A stretch of DNA of 64,000 nucleotides from Paramecium tetraurelia (taxonomy: Eukaryota): positions 124,001 to 188,000 of the forward strand of contig CT868055.1 of the NCBI GenBank assembly GCA_000165425.1, written 5' to 3'. Every line of letters starts with the position of its first letter. Positions within the stretch are counted from its first letter, which is position 1. This document shows, one piece after another, positions 52,052 to 64,000 of this stretch. Made by a program: the position numbers and the translations under genes. Below the pieces are notes generated by a model that worked only from the letters and a program-made list of their open reading frames with translations, was not told the origin of the DNA and ran no database searches.

Positions 52052-54218
52052 TCATCTGAAAATCTTGTTGACCAAATTGTTAATAAACCTATAGGCATAT
52101 ATTTCTGGAGTTTGAGCGGAGACATTCAAGTTAGGGTTCATGGCTAAGAGTTGCTTGGATGCCTTCTCTGCCATTTTGGACAAGTTCCATTCCTAAAGAT
52201 AATCTATTATGGCTATGTGATAATAGATGTTTGGCTCTTCTTGGGAAGGGAAGGCATTTTAAGGTATGTCTACCAGTTTTTCTACTTTGCCCTAATACTC
52301 ACCCCAATCTATCTTCATTATTAATAGAGAGTAATCAAGCAAGTAAGTATTTTTGAAGAATTCAGCATCTTTAATCAATTGGAATTTCACAAAATCACTT
52401 TGTTGCTGTTCGATCTTGATCCACTTCTCTAAGTTGTCAAAATCGACATCCTTCAATGTGATTTTTGAGAGGTCAATGTCTTTGGGTTTCCCCTTGAGAG
52501 CCTCCCTTGCAACTTCACTGCCCTTCATATCAAAGGTTCTCTTGATGAAAGGACGAGGTACTTGAGATATGTTCCTCATCAAGACCATGTGATAGATGAT
52601 GCCACAACTGGACGACAAGTAATTCATGTCATAGGAGAAGATCCCATAAATCTTATTGATGAGAGATTTCCTGTACTCACTCATATGATGGAAGTACTCT
52701 GGCATTCGTTGTCTGAAGCTGTTCAATTCCCTGTCAGTAATAGTTTTGAGAATCCATTTGTTGTCATAACTGAAGAAGAAGAACTCCCCCGATTTGCCTC
52801 CATCCACATTGATCATATTTTCAATCAACTCAGCATTCTTTTCCAGCGAGAAGGAATCATAAGCATCGATGTCCAAGTTGTCAAATTTAAATAACTAAAT
52901 TTATATGGATAAGATTACATAGTAAAAATACTTGGGAGCCAAGGCAAACATCTTCGGATTCTTGCCCTTAGTGTGTTGGGTTTCCTTAACGTAAAAATTA
53001 AACTCCTTGTTCAGTGCTTAATTATTAAGTTTGTATTTGTCCAGAGTCCGTGCTATAGCTATTTGATCCTCACTCAGAGTTTCCCTTATGAGATGAGCAT
53101 TTAATGTGATATCATTATTGTATGTTGCCCTTGCCTAGATTATCAACTGCGAAGTTCTCTCAGCATCAGTCTCAGATCCATCCACATTCTCCTCCAATTG
53201 AGAATCGTCTAAATACTCTTCAATGTTGTTGAAATACTAAATTATCCCTGCCAACACACTCCTAATTTGAAACATCCTTATGAACTTCTGCACTTCAATG
53301 AATTGTGTGTCCACATCAACAATCTCAATCTCCTTCTTCGGTTGTGGATAAAATGCTTTATGAACCATGTTAACAATCTTACGCAACAGAGCAGGATTCT
53401 TTACTCTCTGATAGCATAGAATGCCAGAACCCAAAGTGTAAAAGAAACAGGTCGATATCAGCATCACTATGTCCAAATTCGCTGGTTTATATGACGGATG
53501 TTCACTCGTTTAGATAAAAGTGCTGAGCATGATCAGAAGAGATAGAACTATGGTCGAGATGATGTACATGACGTATCTGAAGAGCGACGACTTTTTGTTG
53601 GTTCTAAAAGTGTCGTCATTCGGTAAGTTCTAATAGAAGTACCATATTGTGTATAGTGCTGATATGATGTACACAAATTCAAATACGTAAAGAGCCAATG
53701 GCAAGTAGTTCCTTTCCAAGATTATCGTGTTGATGCAGCTGTCCACCACTGTCTTCGTTGCTCCTTTTTAGATTTCAGGCTGGAAAGCAAACAGAATCAA
53801 TGAAATACATAATGTGAACACTAAACAGAAGGAATGAAGGAACATCTTAAACTTCGCATTCGTTTTCAGCACGTTCGTGATCTCCTACCTAAAATAGCTT
53901 GGAGGATTACCTCATCGTGAAGCAGTATGCAAAATTGTATATAAATTAACCTAAAAACCCCAAGTTCTGTGTAAAATCAACCCACTTGCAATAAGACGAC
54001 TCATTCAAGCTTTTCTCTGGATTACTCGGAGAATTAACATCAGGACTTGACATCATCCAATATATTGAAGTACTCAATTGGGAGATCCCCAAAGCAAACA
54101 CTATGTCTCCTGGAGATTTACGACCGACCTTCCATGCCAAATAAGTGAACACAATGAAAGAACTGCAAACCACATTCACACATGCAAAAGCAATTAGTGT
54201 ATAGAAATTCTAAGACAT
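52052..54218 (-). CDS. GPCR-PIPK: 7-transmembrane receptor fused to a C-terminal phosphatidylinositol-phosphate kinase
   Basis: Seven hydrophobic helices with a TM3 Cys (YCKW) and a loop Cys (VDSC), linker VLAGI, then PIPK motifs GKSGEFFFFSYD.KWILKTI, FDMKGS, LDYSLL, IIDYLQ. Two tiny introns give one continuous frame. Confidence 0.9.
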
Positions 54219-55258
54219 ATCAATAATATTATTCAAAATTATAATCCCTTTACCACTTTCAACAATTTCTGAATGTTTCCGACACTTTTTCCATATCATC
54301 TGAATCCATATTCTGATCCCCCTTCTCAGTTGCATAATTTTACTGTTTGAAATGATCCAATCTCTTTCACTGATTCAACTTTCCCCCTTCCTTCTCATCT
54401 GAAGTGAGTGAATCCAACATCAATCTACCTTAGTCTATAAAATAAATCATAAATGGCCTGAAAATCCTTAAATAATTTCTTGTTTTTAGATTCACTTCAG
54501 AAATTTCTTAAACTGTTGCACTTAGTTGCAAAATCAAATTTTGACAGGTACTCGCCATCTTTTAATTACATCTACTACTAAATCGATTTTAATTGATTCT
54601 GTATAACTTTCTATTACCTAAGCTTGAATTTCAGTTGAATTTTCAGTCCAATGCTTTTTATTGATAAAAAACTCTATTCTCATGTATTATTATTTTCTTC
54701 ATCTAATTTGCTTAATCCAATCAGATTGATTTGAAACTTAATTTGCTATCTGAGATTCCCTAAAATCAAATCTAAATTTTAAGCACAACATTTTTGGATT
54801 TTTTGGAATTAGTTAAACTTTAGGAATCAGTGAAAGCATTAATTGATTCCATTCTTGACTATTAATCTAATACCTCATTAATATGCTAAAATCAAAATAG
54901 AATTCCTAGTTCTTCCACGTTATTTTAATCATGTAATTAATATACTTATTCAAATCGATAATCCTTTATATAAGAGATAATTTCTTAATCCGCTATTAGA
55001 TTATCAGTATAATTCTCCTATACATTCTTCTCTTTTCTATCTGATTTATACCCAAAACTCCTCCTTTTTTGGTAATTTTTACATTATTTACATTAGGTAA
55101 ATTTCACTTTCAAAATTAATTCTGCCTTCAGTTCTTTATCACTCTTTACTTGTTTTTTACTAAACCTAATACATTTAAGTAATAGTCTTTTTCAAACTTT
55201 GCCTTGAAATTTAAAGGAAATTGTAGTTGAGGAGATTATTTGATTAATAAATTAATAA

Positions 55259-56818
55259 ATGTCTGGACAAAGACAAGAGATGGAATTGATTAAGCAAGGG
55301 TCAAAATTAGCTAAATCAAGCAAATAAGCATTGAAAAGAACAGGGACGATATTGTCTGATAAATCGAGTTCTTCTTTTGAGGATAGTAGAGTAACTTTGT
55401 TACTATTTGAAAAATACCGAATCGTAGAGATGACCAGATTTTGTGTGATATTTGCATGCTAAATCTTAGCTATCCTATAGGTATACATCTAATCCTATTG
55501 TTTTCTCCTTTTCTAGTACGAAAGCTCGTTTCAGGATCAATTTGAATAGAACTTTGATAGCGAAACTACTCTGCTCCTTTACCTAATTTTCTTTTAAACC
55601 ATAGTTGCAAGTAAATTACCTATTTATCGTAGTCACTCTTACTTTAACCTCCTACCAAGTCCTATTAGCATACCAGAAGAAGGCTATGATTGTGACCCCA
55701 CAAGCCAGTCTTCTAGAATCCAATCTCATTTATGGACTCATAATAGAGGTGTTATTAATGATCCCTTCTCCCACTCCTTTTACTCAGAGGATCAAGGTTC
55801 CATTTCATTAACGTTATACAGACGCCCCGCGCTATTATTACGTGAATGAAATTCTAACTTACCTTCTTACCTGTCGAGTGGCCTTGCTAATCAACATCGC
55901 ACTCAAATTTTAAGCATTTTACAGTAGCTAAATTGGCAGATTATGGTTTACTACTTTAATTCTATTTTTAGTCGTCTCTATTCCACAGATTTTGATACAC
56001 ATTTGGTATTCAAAATATGCATGAAAGACATTCCTGGGTTTACTTTGATGGGCTTATTTTGTGCTGGAATGCTTCTATTTGGCTACAGCATGGAAATTGC
56101 AGAAAGAGCCCTTTTACGCGATGAAACCTCATTTACTAATTACAATGTCGGCCAGTCACTTTGGGTCACTCTCATTACAATTGCTACTGTTGGTTATGGT
56201 GATTTCTATCCCACAACTGATTTAGGCAGGATTTCCATGGCTGTCTGTGTATTCTGGGGTGTTTCCAATACTTCACTCTTTACTGCTATGCTCTACTCGA
56301 TGTTGCAAGCAGAAACCAGCGAGGAATTGGTTTGGGCTTTGCTTGAAAAAGCAAACGTGAGGAATATCATGAAGGCTTTTAGTTAATATTTGTTTGTCAG
56401 AATCCAGAAGCTCAAATTAAAGGCTTCAACTGAAAACAAGAATGATAAAAGCAACTACAAAGAATAAGTTGATTTGATTCAGGAAACTTTAAAAGCAATT
56501 AGTTAAATGAAAAGATAATACAGGGATATCGATGGGGAAGCCACCATGGTCATGGCAAAGAGGAAGTTCAAAGATATAAATAACATGTTTGAAGAACAAA
56601 TTTCTTATTTGAAGGAATCTAAACGACTGCAATTCCTCACAAACATCAATTTTTAATATTGCTATAAATCCAATGTTACTTCAGATTAGAAACATAAGCA
56701 AAGCTCCCCGCACATTCAAACTTATCAAACCGATGACAAGCAAAGTAAAGACGAAGCCTTTTTTGCCAATTTGTAAGACAATGAATCCAATCTCCTTTTG
56801 ATGGACTTTCGTGATTGA
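55259..56818 (+). CDS. 6TM potassium channel, SK/KCa2-like
   Basis: Pore WVTLITIATVGYGDFYPTTDLGR, S3-like IIEVLLMIPSPTPF, and C-terminal helical region. Confidence 0.9.
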
Positions 56819-57037
56819 CTATATTTTATTAAAGAATTATGAAAAATATCTTATTTAAAATTAATTAGCTAATTTAATTATGACATTTAAGTTGTATCTA
56901 AACAGCTTTCTGGTTCAGTTAGCATAATGTATTGAAATATAACTGCGATTTTATCGAATTAATATAGAAGTATGAAAATTCAATTATAATTTTGAATATA
57001 CAAAATTTGTTTATAAATTAAACCCAAATATTTTTAG

Positions 57038-58732
57038 TCAATATAATTAGTTTTTGATTCTGAGACTTTAAACATATTTATTGAGAAAATAATCAAAAAA
57101 CAACTTTTATTATGATAAATGCTATTGTATAATTAATTTTAACTATAAATTATGGATAAAGAAAGAATACGCAAATTTAATGATTTTGAATAATTAAATC
57201 ATCAGGATAATTGATATTTAATTTTCAATCAGTAATTAATGTTGTTTGAAGAATTTACAAAGCTGTTCCATAACTTATAGGTTGAGTGACTGAATTATTT
57301 AATTTATGATTAATTCTAGAATTAAGATAATGTATAAATATAATTGTAAATCAAACATTTAGCAATTCTACTTTGTAATCAAGGGGAAGTTTTTAAACAA
57401 TTTCTTTATATCCTTAAAATTTTGCAAGTAAGCAATAGATGAAACGTATTTCATTGTCTTCTATGTCACAGCTTTTATTATTGTATGAATTTAATAATAA
57501 TAGCATAAACTCCCTATTTTCAGCCATAATTTATTAAGATGCATATTCTTTCTCAATCTCTAAATTATTCTTAAATTAATCCCATTAAAAATCAATGAAA
57601 TTTAGTATTACTTCATTCGTATAAATTCTCTTTATTACTCTCAGTCTTTTAGTTTTGGGATCGATGCTGGTGATTTGTGGACATATCCTGGCTTAGGCTA
57701 AATTTTTAAAACAATTGGAAGTTGATTTTTGAATTAGTTAAATCGCTGATTTGGGCTTTTAAGATTGGTGAAAATTTATATTTATAGAGGAATTTATTGT
57801 TGAGAATAAATGATTCTAAGATGAAGAACAATTTATTGTTTATGACAATCTTTGTTTACGATACTGCATCAAAAGTTATTATAAATCATCAAATGTTAAT
57901 CTCTCTTGAGGATTATATCTTATCATTTTTTAAATAGGATTGAGAAGCTCTTCACTAAAATGTTGTTAATTAATGTTGGATGGATTGATTTTAATTTGGT
58001 ATGGTACAGATTTGATAAGATTATGAAACTACATCACTTAATCATGAGTGCATTCAAACGGCAGTTTTCCACATATCAATCTTATTAATACCATGCCAAG
58101 CTTTAATAAAACAGAAAATTACAGAATAAATATCAGAAGCTTCTTAGTTTTGATTGCTCTAAATTTTAAGGAAGAGCTCATCCTTTGAAGACTTTGGAAA
58201 AATCTCAGGAGCTATGTACCCAATATTTGTATTATTATTTGAAGTAGCATATGACACAATATCTCCTATCTTGTATTAACTTGTATGCTAAGATTTAATT
58301 ATAAAGATATTGTTTGTATTTATTTTTCCATGGAACATATTTTAATCATGCAAACATTTGTATCCTTTGAGAAATTCATTTAAAAATTCTTTTATCTGTG
58401 TCTCATTGAATTTTTGGCTTTGTTATTCCAAGTTCTCTTAACATTTTTCCATAATTATTAAATACACTTTTTAAAGAGGATCATATTCAATATAGTAAAT
58501 TGGAACAAGATTTTGATTTTTACTGTTCTGAGTGATTTAGTAGATTTTCTTATAGTCTATCTCGTGTTCGTTCGAATAAGAAAACTCACAAGTAGATATG
58601 AATTAATACTTTTGCATAAAGAGACTTTAGAAAACCTTCTCCTTTTGTGCAATTGAAAATATTAGTATAACTATCTTCGTAAATTGGATTGCCTTCAATG
58701 CTATAATCCTCCCCTCCGATTTTAAAGATCAT
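57038..58732 (-). CDS. Protein-kinase-fold probable pseudokinase with C-terminal extension
   Basis: LYAK, LIIMEKC, MFHGKINTNNIF (catalytic Asp replaced by Lys), KIGDI, GYIAPE, SDIYSLG, PQERLTF. Three tiny introns. Confidence 0.8.
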
Positions 58733-60703
58733 TTATTGAAAACAATTATTATTATGTTGATAGAATTTGAATTAAACTTATTTATATTCAATTAAATAAC
58801 AACAATATGTAGAAGCGAAGAACAATTAATCAATAACTAACCTTTTTCAACTTTTGGTAATCAAAATATCCTTCTCCTGACTTTGTTGTAAATTATTTAT
58901 AATTAATATATATCAATATCATTTTATTTCTTAACATAATCTTATCCGATAATAGATATGATGTTTTCACATTAAAAATAAAGATAGCTCTAAACTGAAT
59001 TAAAAGAAAACCTTGATCACGACTTAAGATGAAACATAGAAATTAGGTGATGCAAGATTAATTTTTATTCAAGCAATTTTTTCAGCTTAAAATATTAAAG
59101 CAAACTTCTCAATAAAGGGATAGAAATTAGAATTAGGTATACACTTATCATAACAAATGCCTCAACAAGATAATAATCAATTGAATTTCAATTGAGCTTA
59201 TTTCTTAATCAATTTATCATATAATTGCAATGTTAAGCAACTAAGAAATAATTTGAGAAGACATAGACAATTAATTAATTAATAGATTTAATTCTTTTAT
59301 TGAATTCACTCAGAGTAAAAAAAAAATTCTCTTTTTCACCATTCGAAAGTAATATTTGTAAGAAATTAACCTCTTTGAAGATTCATTAAGAAAGAACTTA
59401 AATTAATGTTTCTTAAATGGTTAGGAAGTGATCACCCTTCATTTTTTATAAACTGACTAATTTTATATTAATCAACCATATATACTTTTTCTACATCTTC
59501 AGCTTCTTATTTTTTCTCTCTCATTCTTCTATATTTTTAATTTAGTTTTTACTCTCTGCTTTTAATGACTTTAGGTAAAGCAAATAACACATAAGGATTA
59601 CTAATATGATATTATTTAAGCCGTTTAGTTGAGTGTTCTTAAGAAATAAATCAGTTTGGTTCTCCGAGAATAGATCTTCTCATCTATATAAAAAATAATT
59701 TTGACTTAATATTTCTAATATTTGTTCATAATGGCAAGGATTTCATTTATATCAATAATTTACTACTTGAAAAGGTAATAAAATATAATTAAATTCAGAT
59801 GAGATAATTTTTAAATATCAATAGGAAAAATGAGAATAGATAACTTCATTTATTAAGGCCCTACCAGGAACACTTGGGAATAAATTAAATATCATAATAT
59901 GTTTAAATTAATTTAACAATATATTACTGACTTTTATTTTTTTCTTAGTTAAATGGCATTATGGCTCGTAGAAAAATTCTTCCTAAGTAATTTGAGAGAT
60001 ATGTGATTCTATTTTATTGAACAAGGGATCATAATCAGAGTAGTGAAATATAATATACGACTCTTAGAATGCTAGAAACTTCTAAATTTTCTCAGATACA
60101 TACTCTAAGGACATTTATACTACTATCAATGCTATTGATTAACTTAACTTTAGGAGGATATAATGTAAATATTGATGTTAAAACATATAATCTTTAATTC
60201 TATTAAGTGAGAGATAAAATTATAAACCTGTAAAACTGAATAATTAATTCACATTTCCTTATCCTAAACCTTTAAGAATAAATATTTTTGAGTCAATCTA
60301 AATTATGTGGAAATCGTTTAATCTCAATTCATGGCGTATTAGATAAATCCCTTAATTATACAAATGAACACTTAATTAAATCAAATTACATTATTAAGTT
60401 CTAAATTTATGGTAAAAATATAAAAGTTTTATCCTTTGTTAATAAGGGCGTCTACTTTGTTTAACTTAAGAATTTTAGTTATTAAGTATTAATCACAAGC
60501 TATTATGTGACCATATTAACATAAACGAATGGCAACCAGTCTCATAATTCAAATAACTCATCCTTAAAATAAAACTATTTCTTAAATCTTTAGAAATCAA
60601 TTAAGGTACATTCAAGCAAATTAAAGTTATTCTTCATTTACTTAGTTAACTTGGTCATTTATTTTTCAAAGCGGCTTGGATCTTATTATTAAAAATTTGG
60701 AAT

Positions 60704-62077
60704 ATGATAAGAGGTCCATTATATTATCTAGCTCTATAACTGAATATATCAAACTGTCTTATTACATTTTAAACTGGGCTTGTCTCAACCTTTTATGTCT
60801 ATGCCACAAGCAATATATTATTTACTTCTTCAGCGCCTAATAGAGAGTTTAGTACCACAATCCATTTTTAACAAAGCTTTTCCAATGTGCCAGAAATCTT
60901 CATAATGAATCAAGTCTACGATTTAAATATTGGAAGTGAGTAGGGCTTTTAGATGTATATCTTAGATATTACAGTGTCAAGTAAACTTTATTTTTAACTT
61001 TTCAGGTTTTGTAGTCAAAATCCTATTACCATATTCAGCAGTATATAATGGTATTGAATTCAGATACTACGCCTTTGATGACAAACGCAGAAAAGTGATA
61101 TCCAGGTTAAATTAGTTCAGCCCAGCCAATGGGATTATTAAAATAGCTCATCCCAATCCAAACTTCGTTGTTGGAATCTCATCAGTGATAAGTTTAGAAT
61201 ATCAAAGTTCATTTAGTTATCATTTATATGTATTACCATTTTTCTATTATAGGTATCACAAGTTACAAGCACTGATTGTTCCATAACTATTTCAATATCG
61301 AATACCATTACTTAGATTGGATATTAAGTACTGCTTGGCACCAAGGATGCATTTTATCTTTATGAGACTGTTTATGCTACTTCCATTCCCTCTTATGTAG
61401 GAGCATTCAACTTTGAATCAGGTTGGGAAGATTCTTAGTTACTAGCTGTTTATTAAGGAATTTCTTATCAACCACACACTACATTTAGATTAAGAATCAA
61501 TAGAAATAATGCTGTATTGACTTAAACAAATTATGATATAGAATTATGTATAATTTACTATAAATTACTAGGGGCTGGAAGCGTGTTGGAATCAGTTTAT
61601 CATAAATATGGTGGAATAAGAGCATAGTGGGATTCAGGATATTATTAAACTTTTTAACTTGTTAAATATTTTGTCTCAAGGAATTATGATAAAAATATAG
61701 CTAGTATATTAGACTCATTTGAATTTATAATTCCAGAACTGAATTTCTAAACTAAAATTGAAGGGACTTTTACCTTTGATATCAGTTTGTCAATCACTGA
61801 TTTTACATTAATCTTTAATAGGAAATGTGAACATGGAAAAAAACTAATCATGTAATTAATACCTAAAGATGATTGTTCTTCCACTTATTATGAATATTAA
61901 ATAAATTGTGAATCCAAATTTAATATTTGCAAATAAAAATTATACTTTTAAACTTAGACACCTCTAATCTCAAAATTGAAAATTGAAATTGTTTCTGACT
62001 TTTCATTTAAAATTCAACACAATTATATAGATTAAAATGAAAAATTTACATATATTGCTAATATCTAATATGTATGA
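60704..62077 (+). CDS. Secreted H-type-lectin-like domain protein
   Basis: IHFQQSFSNVPEIFI...YDL...ILDITVSSFVVKI...IEFRYYAFDD and repeated beta-rich units. Three tiny introns, TGA 62075. Confidence 0.65.
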
Positions 62078-64000
62078 TGACAAATTTGATATAAATTATT
62101 TTATTATTATATATTAAACAAATTCATATTTTTAAATTGAAAACCCCACAATTCATTCATTCAAATCAATTGCTAAATTCGATAGCTTATTTGAAAAGGG
62201 TGAAGTTTTTTGATTTCCACCTGGTAGAAATCTACCCCAACAAGAGTAACTATTAAGTTAAATTTGTAATAAAATTTTCTGATTTCATAAATAAATTCTA
62301 AAATTATAAAAATTTGCTTATGAATAACTGTTATCAATTCTTTATCAAGAAAGACCGAACTGAGGGATTAAATAAAACAATCCCGTTTCATTAATTCTGG
62401 AAGGAATTAAATAAACGAGTTGACTTTATAAAAAGTAAGCCAATACTTAATAAATATTTGTTAACTTTTAACTAATAAGAAAAATCAAGATTTTGTAAGC
62501 ATTAAAAAAGTTAATAATTAATTACTAAGAATAATTTATTGAATCAGATTCATAATATATCATCAAATATGCAAAAGTAAAAAATTGCTTGTAAATATAA
62601 GATTGCAACACATAATTTTGCCATTAATTATTGTACATATGATAAACAATCTCAAACTCCAGTCGTATCATTTAATGAAATTTACAAAAAATCTTTGGGG
62701 AAACAATTATCTCAGTTTCTGAATTTTAAACATATAAAATTGAACTGAAAATAAAATTGGAAAAATAATAGCTTAAAATTACATTATTTTTCTAGATTTC
62801 ATTGGTAAATTCCAGGAAATGGCATTATAAGATTGAGGATGTATATTGATGTTGGATAAGTATTTAGATCAATTGAAAACCATATTCATTTCTTATATTT
62901 AATCAATATTATCCATACCCACAAAAAGAGTATACTACTTTAAAGAATTCTTCAATTTCAATTAAGTAAAACCAGTACTATGGAAACGATCAATACTTTT
63001 ATATTGAAAAAACTTAGCCAATTTCTCTAAGTTGTAAAAACTAAGAAGGCAAACAGTTTTGTATTCGATTTCCATTATTTAGAGCCCAGGCACTTTTTTT
63101 TCCTTTTTAAATAGTTATGCCACAAATAATACGACCCATTCAATTTTATGATTAACATTCTTGAGGTTCATTTGAATTAGAATTATGAGAATGAATTTTG
63201 TTATTTGTCAATTGGTATTAAAAAATATTTGATCATATTTTTTTTAATTTGGTATTGAAAAAAAATTCAAAAATAAAATAAAAGCTTCTAATTATTATAT
63301 CATCATAAATTCGGTTGGTCATCATAATAATTTATCGAAATGTGACTGTTCTATTTTTTTGAATAATGTATATTTTTGAAACAATATCTCATATATTTAA
63401 ATATTCAATATACTGCTTATTATACCGATTGCGTGTTTTTTCGAAAAATACATAACATTAGATTAGTAGATTGGAAAAGTTTCAAATTATGGTATGGAAC
63501 TTACAACCTTCATGACAATTATGTCTAATATTATTTGATTTTGAAAATTAGAGCATTTCTAAAACTCCATAAAAGATGAGGGACTATATTTAGATGATTG
63601 ATTAAAATGAGTTTTAAGTGGGAATTGATGATTACAAAACCTCAGTAATTATACTTATTTTTAATTGAAAACATAGAATTAAATCAATAAGTTTGAATGA
63701 CTAACTTCAATTATTTTTCAAATAAAATTAATTTTATTGGATAGTGATATGAAAAGATTGCAAGTTTAATTACTAAAGAGAATAAGGATTCTAAAAATTA
63801 CTGAATCTTAATATGATAATCAATATCTGTAGAAATTTAAATAGAATGAGTTATAATTTTAGTGACTCTTCAAATTAAAGAAATACTTAATAATTTAACA
63901 TAAAATAATTATATATAATTAAAATTTTAATATATTAATTAATATTTATAGTTATTTAATTTACATCGTTTCACATTCTAGCCTAAAATCCAAAATGCAC

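Noticed and set aside
62150..63200. Minus-strand hydrophobic fragments suggestive of a membrane-protein gene
   Set aside because: They are interrupted by TGA codons and no family motif could be identified with confidence.
1..64000. Prokaryotic systems (CRISPR arrays, operons, phage or IS elements)
   Set aside because: The sequence is ciliate nuclear DNA with spliceosomal introns. I saw no direct-repeat/spacer array, transposase or terminal inverted repeats.
1..64000. Telomeric repeats or retained IESs
   Set aside because: No runs of G3T3/G4T2-type repeats were seen. Gene interruptions are explained by GT..AG introns or 1-nt indels rather than TA-bounded inserts. IESs in non-coding parts cannot be excluded without MAC/MIC comparison.
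1..64000. tRNA, rRNA or other structured RNA genes
   Set aside because: None recognised by eye. A tRNAscan-SE/Infernal run would be needed to exclude small ncRNAs in the longer spacers.

Overview
This is AT-rich, extremely gene-dense eukaryotic DNA from a ciliate, most likely a Paramecium macronuclear chromosome. TAA/TAG read as Gln, TGA is the only stop, and genes carry tiny (about 20-31 nt) GT..AG introns, so the supplied standard-code ORF track only catches gene fragments. Re-reading by hand in translation table 6 gives about 40 genes. They include a tesmin/CXC protein, two head-to-head large PAS-like multipass membrane proteins, alanine aminotransferase, a mitochondrial carrier, a dynamitin-like protein, LRR-ankyrin, TLDc, bZIP, VHS-like, IQUB, WD40, a trichocyst-matrix-like protein, a Cys-rich GPI surface protein, a MUL1-like RING ligase, CFAP96-like, Sec61 alpha, a small Tim, ORC2, MORN, an SK-like K+ channel, three pseudokinases and an H-type-lectin-like protein. 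The stand-out is an intact 7TM-receptor/PIP-kinase fusion (GPCR-PIPK, 52052-54218, minus strand), whose stop codon is followed in frame after 24 nt by a MORN-repeat gene. Also notable are a decayed threonine dehydratase pseudogene, frameshifts in two genes, and divergent start codons only 13-24 bp apart. All gene models, intron calls and family assignments are manual and from motif recognition; no searches were run, and coordinates may be off by a few bases.
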